The notes under the pieces are model-generated. The model worked only from the letters and a program-made list of their open reading frames with translations. It ran no database searches and had not been told where the DNA came from. Position numbers and translations under genes: made by a program. A DNA stretch of 62,506 nucleotides, counting the filler, from an uncultured bacterium (GTDB lineage: Bacteria; CAYJOG01), in NCBI GenBank assembly GCA_964371695.1. It is 9 parts of 9 records of this genome, joined end to end, with 100 filler letters (N's around TTAATTAATTAA, not from the genome) between each part and the next. Parts side by side here need not be neighbours in the genome. Positions count along the whole stretch, not along the records: positions 21,006 to 27,879 come from CAYJOG010000155.1; positions 27,980 to 34,829 come from CAYJOG010000156.1; positions 34,930 to 41,772 come from CAYJOG010000157.1; 6 more parts are not named here. The stretch is one strand, 5' to 3'. Shown one piece after another: positions 27,126 through 36,891 of the stretch (position 1 is the stretch's first letter; each line of letters begins with the position of its first letter).

Positions 27126-27234
27126 TAGTGGTTCGCTTGTTTAAAAATGAGGAGCAGGTGCGATGGGGACACCGCACCAATACAGCAGCGATGAGGACAT
27201 CGCGGCTACTCCTTTTGAGCCACATGAACCAGTA
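27126..27234. mobile_element. 109-bp REPIN/MITE-like element, copy 2
   Basis: TAGTGGTTC...ATGAACCAGTA with shared core ttaaaaatga and gcagcgatgaggacatcgc.gctactc. Confidence 0.75.
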
Positions 27235-27252
27235 GTGCCATTGATCAGCCCC

Positions 27253-27862
27253 TCACGCACTCATGCGCAAGTCGCCGTCTGCCAATCGGTCCATGGTACG
27301 GGTGAGTGCGCCCAGGCGTTGGCTCAGGCTCAGCCCCATGCGCCACGCCAGGGCCGAGAGCAGCAGACTCACCAACACCCCCATCCCCCCCATCATCAGC
27401 GCCCGGCCCTGGCTTAACCGCATGGAAGCCTCCATGTTTTCCTGGTTTTCCAGCGTCCAGGCATTGGCCAGCGTCACCACCAGATCCACACCCTGCCGCT
27501 GTTGTTCATAAAGGTGGGTCATCTGCCCCAGGGCCAGTTCGCGGGCCTTTTGTGTGTCATTGTCCTTGATTGCCGTCAAAAAAACCCCGTCGCGCAGGTG
27601 AAAAAAAGCCACCGCCGGGTCGTATGCCTTTTGCAGCATGGCCGTGCGCAGTTCGGGTTTTTTCAGTGTGTCGCGCCACACTTCCTGACGGTCGAAAAAT
27701 TCTTTTTTCAGACGGGCGGCGTCGGCCAGAAGTTGCCTTTTGATGGGGGGCGGCGGGTCTTCAATCAGCCGCAGCACCACCAGATAGGACTCAATGAGAT
27801 AACAGGGCGGCGGCAGCACATCGGCCACCAGATCCTTGCCGTCCACAATGTCCTGATACACC
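27253..27862 (-). CDS. chemoreceptor-like sensor lacking a signalling domain, copy 2 (5' truncated at contig end)
   Basis: Close paralog of 26243-26965 with the same C-terminus 'MDRLADGDLRMSA*'. Confidence 0.75.
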
Positions 27863-27979
27863 GGGGGGGGGGGGGGGGGNNNNNNNNNNNNNNNNNNNNN
27901 NNNNNNNNNNNNNNNNNNNNNNNTTAATTAATTAANNNNNNNNNNNNNNNNNNNNNNNNNNNNNNNNNNNNNNNNNNNN

Positions 27980-29315
27980 GATCCAGACGGCTCTGGGCCT
28001 CTTGCTGACTGGTCTGGGTGGCCTGCACCTGCTCCTTTAACTGATCAATATGGCCGGTGAGTTGCGCCAGATTCAGACCCCGCCAGCGCACGTTTTCATT
28101 CAGCGTGGCCAGGCGCTCTTTCAGCCGGGTCAGGGTGTCCAGGGCATCCAGCATTTCTTTCTGTTTTTCGCCGGACTGCGCCGCCATGTCGCCATAGGCC
28201 GCCTGCACCCGGCGTGCTCTTTCCTGCGTGGCTTCAAACGATTCCTCTGCGGCGGTCTGTCGGGTCTTGAGCGCGGCGGCCCGGTCGGCCAGGGTGTCCA
28301 GTTCCCGGTTGATGTCCTCCAGACGGGTGTTGATCTGCCCCAGGCTCGTCTCGGCGCGCTGCTGCTCTTTGCTCAGGGTGCGGGTGATTTCGCCGTGGTG
28401 TTTCAGGCGGTTCTGCCACTGGGCGCGGTCGGCCTCCAGACGGGTTTTTTCCTGCGCCAAAGCGTGAAGTGATTTCTCGGCCTCGCTGAACTTGAGCTGC
28501 ATCTGCTCCAGAGAAAGCTCCACCGTGTTCTGCTGCGCCCCTGTGCTGACGCTGGTTTCTTCCAGCTCTTTCAGCAGCGTGCCCATCTGCCCCAGCTCGC
28601 CCCGCACCTTTTTGAGGTCGGCGGCGAAAATGGCCTTTTCCACCTCGCCGATGCGCAGGTTCAGCGCCTGGGCGCGCTCGGCTTTTTCGGCTTCTTCCTC
28701 CAATGTGGGCAGGCGGGTTTCCAACTCACTCACAATGTCGCCCAGGCGAAACAGATTGACCTGTGTGTTGTCCAGGCGGGCCTCGGCCTTGCGTTTCTGG
28801 TTTTTGAAACGGTTGATGCCGGCGGCTTCTTCAAAAATGGCGCGGCGCTCCTCTGGCTTGCTGCTGAGCACCGAGGCCACCTGCCCCTGGCCAATGATGG
28901 AATAGGCCCCCTTGCCCAGGCCGGTGTCCATGAGCATGTTCTGGATATCGCCCAGGCGGCAGGTGGTCTTGTTGAGGTTGAACTCGCTCTCGCCGCTGCG
29001 GTGATAACGGCGGCGAATCGCCACCTCGGAATAATCCAGGGCGAAGTGGCGGTCTTCGTTGTCCAGGGTCACCTGCACGTCGGCAAAACCCAGGGGGCGC
29101 GACTTGCGGCTGCCGCCGAAAATCACGTCTTCCATGCGGCTGGAGCGCAGGCTGCGGGCGCTTTGTTCACCCAGCACCCAGCGGATGGCGTCGGCGATGT
29201 TGGACTTGCCGCTGCCGTTGGGGCCCACAATGGCGGTGATGCCCGGCTCGAACTGAAGCTCGGTCTTGGCGGCGAAGGTTTTGAAACCGTGGAGCTGAAG
29301 GGACTTGAGGTACAT
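27980..29315 (-). CDS. smc: chromosome segregation protein SMC (N-terminal part, truncated)
   Basis: 'MYLKSLQLHGFKTF', Walker A 'GPNGSGKSN', 'WVLGEQS', 'IIGQG' and 'FEEAAGI', followed by coiled coil. Confidence 0.95.
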
Positions 29316-29407
29316 GCCGGGGAGTGTAGCCGGGTTGCCCCCCAAAACCAAGTGATATTGGTATACCAATGGCACCAGATATAGCGATTCGTCAAAAAAT
29401 ATACGAA

Positions 29408-30415
29408 TCACGCCTTCCGCTGGGGCATTCGCCGCCTTACCCACTCCCCCATGGCATTAAAGGTCAGCAGCAGGAAAAACAGCGTGAGGCCCGGATAAAC
29501 CGCCAGCCACCAGCCATAGGGCAGGTTTTGTGTGGCCTGATCCAGCATTTCGCCCAGGTCGGGCGTGGGCGGGGGGGTGCCGAAACCCAGGTAACTGAGG
29601 CCGCTCAGGGCCAGGATGGTGTCCGCCAGATCAAAAGGCACCAGCACCAGCGTGGGGCGCACCGTGTTGGGCAGCAGGTGACGCCACAGCACCCGCCAGG
29701 GGCTGGCCCCCAGGGCCTTGGCGGCCTCCATATATGTAGTACGGCGCTCCTTCAGGGCTTCGGCCCGCACATAACGCTGATAGGGAATCCAGCTGCTGAT
29801 GAGAAACACGAACGCCAGCGTGCCAAAACCCGGTTTGTCCAGCAGGGCCAGCAGTGTGAGCAGCAGCAGGAACTTGGGGAACAGCATGATGATTTCCACC
29901 ACCCGGCTCACCGCCATGTCAAACCAGCCGCCGAAATATCCCATGGCCGCCCCCACCAACACGCCGATGGCCCAGGAAATCCCCACCACCAGCGCCGAAA
30001 ACACCACCCCCAGACGCACGGCGTAAACCATGCGGGCCGCGAGGTCGCGCCCCAGGCCGTCGGTGCCCAGCCAGCGGCCGTTCATGCCCGGCGGTGTGGG
30101 GGGCGGCTCGGCCAGTTCCTGGGGAATGTCGTTGGGGTGGCGCGCCAGCGGCGGCCACCAGAAACCGTTTTGCGCCCCCAACAGCGACAACACACCGGCC
30201 CGCCGCACGTTCACGTAGCCCTTCTTTTTGCGGGCGGATTTTTCCAGTTCAGGCCAGTCGCGCCGCTCCCACACACCGGAGGCCCACAGGGCCGGGGCAT
30301 GCCACTGTCCATCCACACGGGCCAGCAGGGGTTTGTTGTTGGCGAACAGTTCCGGCCCCCGCCACAGCAGCAGGGCCAGAAAAAGTCCCAGCAACACCCA
30401 GGCGGCGCGTTTCAT
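29408..30415 (-). CDS. oligopeptide ABC transporter permease (OppC/DppC family)
   Basis: 'WLGTDGLGRD', EAA loop 'YMEAAKALGAS' and 'LSYLGFG'. Confidence 0.9.
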   Translation of the reverse strand: MKRAAWVLLGLFLALLLWRGPELFANNKPLLARVDGQWHAPALWASGVWERRDWPELEKSARKKKGYVNVRRAGVLSLLGAQNGFWWPPLARHPNDIPQELAEPPPTPPGMNGRWLGTDGLGRDLAARMVYAVRLGVVFSALVVGISWAIGVLVGAAMGYFGGWFDMAVSRVVEIIMLFPKFLLLLTLLALLDKPGFGTLAFVFLISSWIPYQRYVRAEALKERRTTYMEAAKALGASPWRVLWRHLLPNTVRPTLVLVPFDLADTILALSGLSYLGFGTPPPTPDLGEMLDQATQNLPYGWWLAVYPGLTLFFLLLTFNAMGEWVRRRMPQRKA

Positions 30416-31434
30416 CCGCCCTCCAGGCTTTCAAAGTCGATGCGGGGGTCCACCACCACATACAACAGGTCGCTCATCAACAAACCCGCCAGCACCAGAA
30501 TGGCGGTGAAGGTGGTGCCCGCCATGATGACGGGGTAATCCCGCGCCTGAAGCGACTCAAACAGAAGCAGCCCCAGGCCGGGAATGGAGAAGATGCGCTC
30601 CACCAGCACGCTGGCGGCGAACAGGCCCGGCAGAAAACCGGCAAATAATGTCACCATGGGAATCAGCGCGTTGCGCAGGGCGTGTTTGATGACCACGGTG
30701 CGGCGGGGCAGGCCCTTGGCCCGCGCGGTGTTCACATAGTCCATGGCCATGGTGTCTTTGAGGCTGGTGGCGAGCTGGCGGGTGGCGAAGGCGAAGCCGC
30801 CGATGGTGTAGCAGGCCAGCGGCATCACCAGATGCCACAACAGGTCTTTGAACTTTGGCCAGTCCCAGCCCTGCTGCTGCTGGAACTCGTCACTCATCAG
30901 GCCAAACACGGGGAACACGTTCCAGAAATCCCCACCCCCCAGATACACAATGCCCAGAATGCCCAGCCAGAAACTGGGCACGCAGTAAAACAGAAAATAG
31001 ACCACCGTCATCAGCCGCACTTCCACCCCCTGCTCGCGCATGGCGCTGAGAATGCCGCTGGGAATGATGACCAGATAAACCAGAAAGGTGCTGGTGAGGC
31101 CAAAGAGCAGGCTCACGGGCAGGGCCTCGGCCAGCTTGGCGGCCACGGGGCGGTGGTCCTGCAGGCTATCGCCCAGGTCCAGCGTCACCAGTCGGCGTAT
31201 CCAGTTCACATATTGCACATGCAGGGGTTTGTCCAGACCGTAGAGCTTTTTGGTTTGTTCGATGATTTCGCGGCTGGCGGTGTTCTCGGCGCTCATCTGG
31301 CCGCCGGGGCCGCTGCGCAGTTTCATCATCACCGGGTTGCCGGGGGCAAGCTGCAACATGCCAAAGGTGATGAGCGTGACGCCGAACAGGGTGAAGATCA
31401 GCAGCAGCAGTCGTTTGAAGAGGTAACCGGCCAT
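30412..31434 (-). CDS. oligopeptide ABC transporter permease (OppB/DppB family)
   Basis: 'YGLDKPLHVQY', 'DYVNTARAKGL', 'HALRNALIP' and 'RDYPVI'. Confidence 0.92.
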   Translation of the reverse strand: MAGYLFKRLLLLIFTLFGVTLITFGMLQLAPGNPVMMKLRSGPGGQMSAENTASREIIEQTKKLYGLDKPLHVQYVNWIRRLVTLDLGDSLQDHRPVAAKLAEALPVSLLFGLTSTFLVYLVIIPSGILSAMREQGVEVRLMTVVYFLFYCVPSFWLGILGIVYLGGGDFWNVFPVFGLMSDEFQQQQGWDWPKFKDLLWHLVMPLACYTIGGFAFATRQLATSLKDTMAMDYVNTARAKGLPRRTVVIKHALRNALIPMVTLFAGFLPGLFAASVLVERIFSIPGLGLLLFESLQARDYPVIMAGTTFTAILVLAGLLMSDLLYVVVDPRIDFESLEGG

Positions 31435-31506
31435 GGGTCAGAGAAGGAAACCAGACCTCATTGTTCCCGCACTCTCGCCGGGATTGGTGGATTGATTTTG
31501 AAAAAA

Positions 31507-31556
31507 CCCCTCACCCGGCGCTACGCGCCACCCTCTCCCCATAAAGGGGAGAGGGG
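31507..31556 (+). repeat. solo boxC-like composite palindrome inside the ABC operon
   Basis: CCCCTCACCC-GGCGC-TAC-GCGCC-A-CCCTCTCCCC-ATAAA-GGGGAGAGGGG. Confidence 0.85.
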
Positions 31557-31586
31557 AATCCTCACCCTGTTTTTTCCACTTGGGAC

Positions 31587-33242
31587 TCACAACTGTTTCT
31601 GCTTGGGAGTGAACCAATAGGAGGTGTCCAGACCCAGGGGAAACACGATGCGGTTTTCGTAGCGTTTCGACACACTCTCCAGGCTGGGGCGGGTAAAGAG
31701 AAAGGTATAGGGCTGCTCCTGCGCCACGATGGTGGCGAACTCACGATAAAGGGCGTCGCGTTTTTTCTTGTCCATGGTCACGCGGGCGGTTTCCATGATC
31801 TGGTCGGCGCGGGCATTTTTGAAGCTCACGAAGTTGTCGCCCCCGGCAATCTGGCTGCTGTGCCATATCTGATAGGGGTCGCTCTCGATGCTGCCGCCCC
31901 AGCCCAGCATGGTGGCCTGGAACTCCTTTTTGGTGACCTTTTCGATGAACACGGTCCATTCCAGTTCGCGGATGTTCAGCGTGATGCCCGCCTTTTTCAG
32001 CTCGGCCTGATAAATCTGCATCAGCTTCATGCCGGTTTCGTTTTCGCTGGGCATGAGCAGGGTGAAGGCAAAGGGTTTGCCGTTCCAGTCCAGCAGGCCG
32101 TCCCTGTTGTTGTCCTTGATGCCCGCCTGGGCCAGCAGCGCCTTGGCCTTGGCCGGGTTGAAGGGGGGCGGCCCAAGGGTTTTGGGGGTGCGGGTGTCTT
32201 CTGGCCCAAAGGGGTTGGTGACGGGTTTGGCCAGACCAAAATACACGTCCCGCATGATTTTTTTGCGGTCCAGAAACATGCCCATGGCGTTGCGCACGCG
32301 TTTGTCGGCGAAGGGCAGTTTGGCCGCCGGGCTGGCGTTCCAGGCGATGTAGCCATAACCGTTGCCATAGGTGGTGTAGTAGTTGTATTTCTGGAACTTC
32401 TGCGCAAAGGCTGCGGCCCTTGTGTCGCGCATGTACTGCTTGGGGTTCAGGCTCATGGTGTCCAGGCCGCCCCGTTTGTGTTCGGTCAGCGCCGCTGCGT
32501 CGTTCTGGATCACGCGAAACACCTTGCTGGTGAGGGCATAGCGGTTTTTGTAGCCGGGGGTTTTCCAGCCCCACCAACGGGGATTGGGTTTGTAACGCAG
32601 CTCGCTGGTGGTGAACTTCTCAAGCAGATAAGGCCCGGTGCCCACGGGTTTGTTGTTGCTGGGGTGTTTGTTGAAATCGCCGGTGGCGTAGCGGTGGGCG
32701 GGCAGGATTTCCATCAGCCCCACCATGATCAGGCTGCGGTAATAGGGCTTGGAAAACGTGAACACCACGGTGAAGGGGTCCGGCGCGGCGGTGGCCTTGA
32801 GCGACTCGAAATAATTGCGCAGGTGCGGCGCGTCCACCTTGGGGTCTTTCACCTTGTCAAAGGTGAACTTCACGTCTTTGCTGCTGAAGGGCTTGCCGTC
32901 GCTCCACACCACGCCCTTGCGCAGCTTCATGGTGATCTTCAGGCCTGAGGGGTCAATCACCCAGCTTTGCGCCAAGCGGCCCTGCCAGTTGTCGGTGAGG
33001 CTGGAAAGCTCCAGCAGGGTTTCAAATATCGGCTCGATGGCGGCGCTCTCATAAGTGGAGTGGCCCAGCATGGGGTTGAGCATGGCGGGCCGAGCGGTCA
33101 TGTGGCTGATGAGGCGATCGCCCTTCACGGGGGCCTTGAGCGCCCATTTTTTGGGAGCGGCCTGGGCCGCAACCTGGGCCAGCAGGGCGACGGCGCACAG
33201 GGCCGCCAGGGGGGTGCGTGCGGGAAATCTTCTGGAAAACAT
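31587..33242 (-). CDS. peptide ABC transporter substrate-binding protein (family 5)
   Basis: Signal peptide, 'LRKGVVWSDGKPFSSKDVKFTF', 'PVGTGPY' and 'FADKRVR'. Confidence 0.92.
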   Translation of the reverse strand: MFSRRFPARTPLAALCAVALLAQVAAQAAPKKWALKAPVKGDRLISHMTARPAMLNPMLGHSTYESAAIEPIFETLLELSSLTDNWQGRLAQSWVIDPSGLKITMKLRKGVVWSDGKPFSSKDVKFTFDKVKDPKVDAPHLRNYFESLKATAAPDPFTVVFTFSKPYYRSLIMVGLMEILPAHRYATGDFNKHPSNNKPVGTGPYLLEKFTTSELRYKPNPRWWGWKTPGYKNRYALTSKVFRVIQNDAAALTEHKRGGLDTMSLNPKQYMRDTRAAAFAQKFQKYNYYTTYGNGYGYIAWNASPAAKLPFADKRVRNAMGMFLDRKKIMRDVYFGLAKPVTNPFGPEDTRTPKTLGPPPFNPAKAKALLAQAGIKDNNRDGLLDWNGKPFAFTLLMPSENETGMKLMQIYQAELKKAGITLNIRELEWTVFIEKVTKKEFQATMLGWGGSIESDPYQIWHSSQIAGGDNFVSFKNARADQIMETARVTMDKKKRDALYREFATIVAQEQPYTFLFTRPSLESVSKRYENRIVFPLGLDTSYWFTPKQKQL

Positions 33243-33271
33243 GGGGGGAGTTTAGCACCGGCCCCCTGCGG

Positions 33272-34684
33272 TTATTCCACCCTGTGCAGACGCACCACGT
33301 TGCTGGAGTTGAACTGGCGCGGGGCCATGCCAAAGGTGATCACCACATCGTCGCCGGGGGCGATGTAGCCCCGCTCCTTGGCAGCGACCAGTGCCAGGTC
33401 CATGGCGGTTTCGTCTTCGGCGGGCACACCCACACACAGGGGCAGCACGCCCCACACCAGGGTGAGTTTGCGCAGCAGGCTTTCGTCGTGGCTCACCGCC
33501 AGCACCGGCGCACGAAAGTGATGCCGCGAGAGCAGGCGGGGCATCATGCCGTTCATGGTCAGGCTCAGCACGGCCTTGGCGTTGAGGCGGCGGGCGGCCT
33601 CGGCGGCGGCGGCGGCGGCGGCCTGCAAAAAGTCGCTCATGCCGGTGAACTCTTCGTGCCAGGGGTTGTAGTCGGGCCTTTCCTCGGTGGCCTGGGCCAC
33701 CTCGCGCATGATGCGCACCGCCTCTACCGGATACGCCCCCATGGCGGTTTCGGCGCTGAGCATGAGCGCGTCGGTGCCGTCCATCACCGCAGCGGCGATG
33801 TCGGTGACCTCGGCGCGGGTAGGGCGCGGATGCTCCACCATGCTTTCGAGCATCTGGGTGGCGGTGATGACAAACTTGCCGTGGCGGGCCGCCTCGCGGA
33901 TGACCCGCCGCTGGGCCTGGGGCACCGCCCACAGGGGCAGCTCCACTCCCAGGTCGCCGCGGGCCACCATCACCCCGTCTGCGGCCTGAATCACGGCTTC
34001 CAGATTGTCCAGGGCTTCGGGTTTTTCAATCTTGGCGATGATGTGTGCGTGGCCGCCCGCCGCGCTCAGGTGCTCGCGCAGGGCGTGGATGTCCGCCGTG
34101 GTGCGCACAAACGACAGGGCGATGAAATCCACCCCCTGTTCCAGGGCAAAGAGCGCGTCTTTGCGGTCTTTGGGGGTGAGGGCCTGTGTGCTGAGGGCCG
34201 CGCCCGGCAGGTTGATGCCCTGATGGTTGCGCAGCACACCCCCCTTGAGCACCTGGGTGTGTACCTCGTGGCCGGTCACGCCGGTCACCAGCAACTCCAG
34301 CAGGCCGTCGGCCAGAAACACGCGGTTGCCGGGTTTCACGTCATCGGCCAGGGCCTTGTAACTCACACTCACGCCGTGTTCGTCACCCTCGCGGCGTTTG
34401 GTGCTCAGCACAAAGGCGTGGCCGGGCTTGAGCTTGACCAGCCCCTTGGCAAAAGCCCCCACGCGTATTTTCGGGCCTTGCAGGTCGGCCATCAGGCTCA
34501 CGGTGCGGTCCAGCTTGTGGGCAGCCTTGCGCACCAGGGCCACGGCGCGGGCGTGGTGCTCGTGGGTGCCGTGGCTCAGGTTGAGGCGGGCGCAGTTCAT
34601 GCCCGCGAGAATCAGTTCCTCCACCCGCTCGGCGGTGTGCGTGGCGGGGCCGAGAGTGGCGATGATTTTGCTGTGCAGGGGCAT
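33272..34684 (-). CDS. pyk: pyruvate kinase
   Basis: 'KIIATLGPA', 'RLNLSHG', 'DLQGPKIR', 'MVARGDLGVE' and 'ATQMLESM..PRPTRAE'. Confidence 0.96.
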   Translation of the reverse strand: MPLHSKIIATLGPATHTAERVEELILAGMNCARLNLSHGTHEHHARAVALVRKAAHKLDRTVSLMADLQGPKIRVGAFAKGLVKLKPGHAFVLSTKRREGDEHGVSVSYKALADDVKPGNRVFLADGLLELLVTGVTGHEVHTQVLKGGVLRNHQGINLPGAALSTQALTPKDRKDALFALEQGVDFIALSFVRTTADIHALREHLSAAGGHAHIIAKIEKPEALDNLEAVIQAADGVMVARGDLGVELPLWAVPQAQRRVIREAARHGKFVITATQMLESMVEHPRPTRAEVTDIAAAVMDGTDALMLSAETAMGAYPVEAVRIMREVAQATEERPDYNPWHEEFTGMSDFLQAAAAAAAEAARRLNAKAVLSLTMNGMMPRLLSRHHFRAPVLAVSHDESLLRKLTLVWGVLPLCVGVPAEDETAMDLALVAAKERGYIAPGDDVVITFGMAPRQFNSSNVVRLHRVE

Positions 34685-34967
34685 GGGGGGAGTTTAAGGG
34701 AGGCTGGAGGTTGGTGGTTGGTAAAGGAAAAGGCCCCTGCCTGTAGTGGGGGGGGGGGGGCGGCCCCCCCCCTAAAAAAAAAAAATTTTTTTGAGTTTTT
34801 TTTTGGGGGGGCGGGGGCCCCCCCCCCCCNNNNNNNNNNNNNNNNNNNNNNNNNNNNNNNNNNNNNNNNNNNNTTAATTAATTAANNNNNNNNNNNNNNN
34901 NNNNNNNNNNNNNNNNNNNNNNNNNNNNNGCTGGGGGCATTTTAGCGCCATGTGATACATTTGTTCC

Positions 34968-36316
34968 ATGCCTTACTGGGCAAAAATCATTCCCCTGCTG
35001 CTGCTGCTCAGCGGCCTCATCGCCTATCTGGGCGATGAACTGGGGCGGCGGCTGGGCAAGCGCAAGGTCAAGCTTTTTGGCATGAGGCCCAAAAAAACCT
35101 CGGTGCTCATCACTATTGTGGCGGGCATGGTGGCCACCGGGGCCACCATCACCTTTTTCGCCGTGGTGAGCGACAACGTGCGCATTGCACTCACCAGCGT
35201 GGACCTGTTCAAGTTCGAGATCGAAAAACTGGAAAAAGACAGCCGGGTGCTGCAGGGCCGTTATGAAGCCGCCCTGGCAAAAGAGAAAGCCGCCCGAAAA
35301 AAAGAACTGAAGGCCCTGGCCGATGAAAAACGCCTGCGCCAGAACCTTTCCCTTGAAAAACAGCGAGCCGGTGAACTGAAGCGGGAACTGGTGGCCCTGG
35401 CCCNNNNNNNNNNATCTCCAGCAGCAAGGTGCTGAAGGACAAGCTGGAAAACGACCTGACCCAGAAACAGACCGCCCTGGTCGCCCTGCGCCAACAGGTC
35501 AAAGAGGCCCAGCGCCAGCGGGATCAGGTGGACAAACAGATGGGGGCGCTCACCCGCGAATACCTGAACCAGGAAAAGAAAAACACCGAACTCGCCGCCA
35601 CGGTGGGCAGCCTGCAAAAATCTGCCACCACCCTGCAAAAAAAAGTGTCGGACCTCAACGATCAGGTGGCCCGCCACCAGCGCGAACTTTTGCACGCCCG
35701 TGTGCTCATCAATCAGGACCAGTTGCTGGAAACCCTCACCGTGCCCGCCAGCCTGCGGGCAGGCGCCCTGGCGGGCGCGCTGGCAAACCGGCTGAAAACC
35801 CTCAACCAGGACCTCTTCAACCGGGGGGCGCGTTATCAGGGCCAGCAGGCGTTGTTGTTTTACGAACCCCAGTTGGACTCGCTGGTGGCGGGCATGGAGC
35901 CGGACAAGTCCTATGTCATCCGCGTGTTCAGCGCCACCAACGTGTTCCACGGCCAGCCGGTGGTGGCGCGGTTTGAGGTGTCCGAAGACCGGCTGGTTTT
36001 CCGTGCGGGCGAGGTGATCGCCAAAAAGACCTTCCGCCCCAAGGTGGCGGGCCGCACCACCCTTACCCGCGAACAGGCCGAGGGGCTTCTTCAGTCGCTG
36101 CTTTTGCAGGGGCGGCGCGAGGCCATCAAAAAAGGCATGTTGCCCGGCCCCGGCGGCCTGGGTCAGGTGAAGGCCAGCGAACTGCTTCGGGCCGCCGAAT
36201 CGGTGGCCAAGGCCAAGGGCCAGGTGGAAGTGTCCATGGTGGCGCGGGAGAACACCTATCGCGCTTCGGTGCTGTCGGTGGATTTCCGCATCCGCCTGCT
36301 GGGGGTGCGGCCATGA
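34968..36316 (+). CDS. DUF3084-family coiled-coil membrane protein (interrupted by 10-N gap at 35404-35413)
   Basis: 'SGLIAYLGDELGRRLGKRKVKLFGMRPKKTS' N-terminal signature, coiled coil, C-terminal 'YVIRVFSATNVF'. The two ORF-track pieces join across the gap. Confidence 0.8.
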
Positions 36317-36828
36317 CCCAGGCGAACAGGGTGCAGGAACTGCTGGAAAACCTGCTGCGCGAAGTGCGCACCGAGCGGGAAGCCCCCACGCTGGAGGGCA
36401 TTCAGCGCATCGCCCGCGCCCTGGTGGAAGACCCCGACCTTTTCGCCGCCGCCCCCAACCTGCTGGAGCACGACAACTGGAAGGTGCGTTATCTCACCCT
36501 GCGGGCCATGGAGGTGTGCGGCCACCCCGGCCTGCCCACCGCCCTGGTGTCCCTGGCGCAGGACGACAGCCCGGAGATACGCGCCACCGTAGAGCGGCTG
36601 AGCGTCGGCGGACCGGGCCAGGAGGAACTGTCGCTGGAAGAACTGCTGCCCCTGCTGCGCCACCAGAGCTGGTGGGTGCGCAAAAAAGCCGTCATCGGCC
36701 TGGGGCGGTGCCCCGCCGAAACCAGCCATCAGGCCCTGAAGGAACTGGTGGGACAGGAGCAGGATGCAGAAGTGCGAGAACTGGCCGCCGGTGTGTTGGA
36801 ACAGTGGCGTCAGCAGGGGGTGGGGTGA
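36313..36828 (+). CDS. HEAT-repeat protein
   Basis: 'HDNWKVRYLTLRAM', 'DDSPEIRA', 'HQSWWVRKKAVIGLG' and 'DAEVRELAA'. Confidence 0.8.
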   Translation: MTQANRVQELLENLLREVRTEREAPTLEGIQRIARALVEDPDLFAAAPNLLEHDNWKVRYLTLRAMEVCGHPGLPTALVSLAQDDSPEIRATVERLSVGGPGQEELSLEELLPLLRHQSWWVRKKAVIGLGRCPAETSHQALKELVGQEQDAEVRELAAGVLEQWRQQGVG

Positions 36829-36891
36829 GTATTTTCCCCCTCCAGGCTCTTTCTTTCATCTCCCCTTCCCCCGGTCTACACTCGCTCCCCT

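Noticed and set aside
34745-34829. Poly-G/C/A/T palindromic stretch (also 27863-27879 and 24870-24925)
   Set aside because: Low-complexity sequence next to gaps or contig ends; most likely a sequencing artefact.
35404-35435. Apparent frameshift splitting the DUF3084 gene
   Set aside because: Coincides with a 10-N scaffold gap, so it is not evidence of a pseudogene or programmed frameshift.
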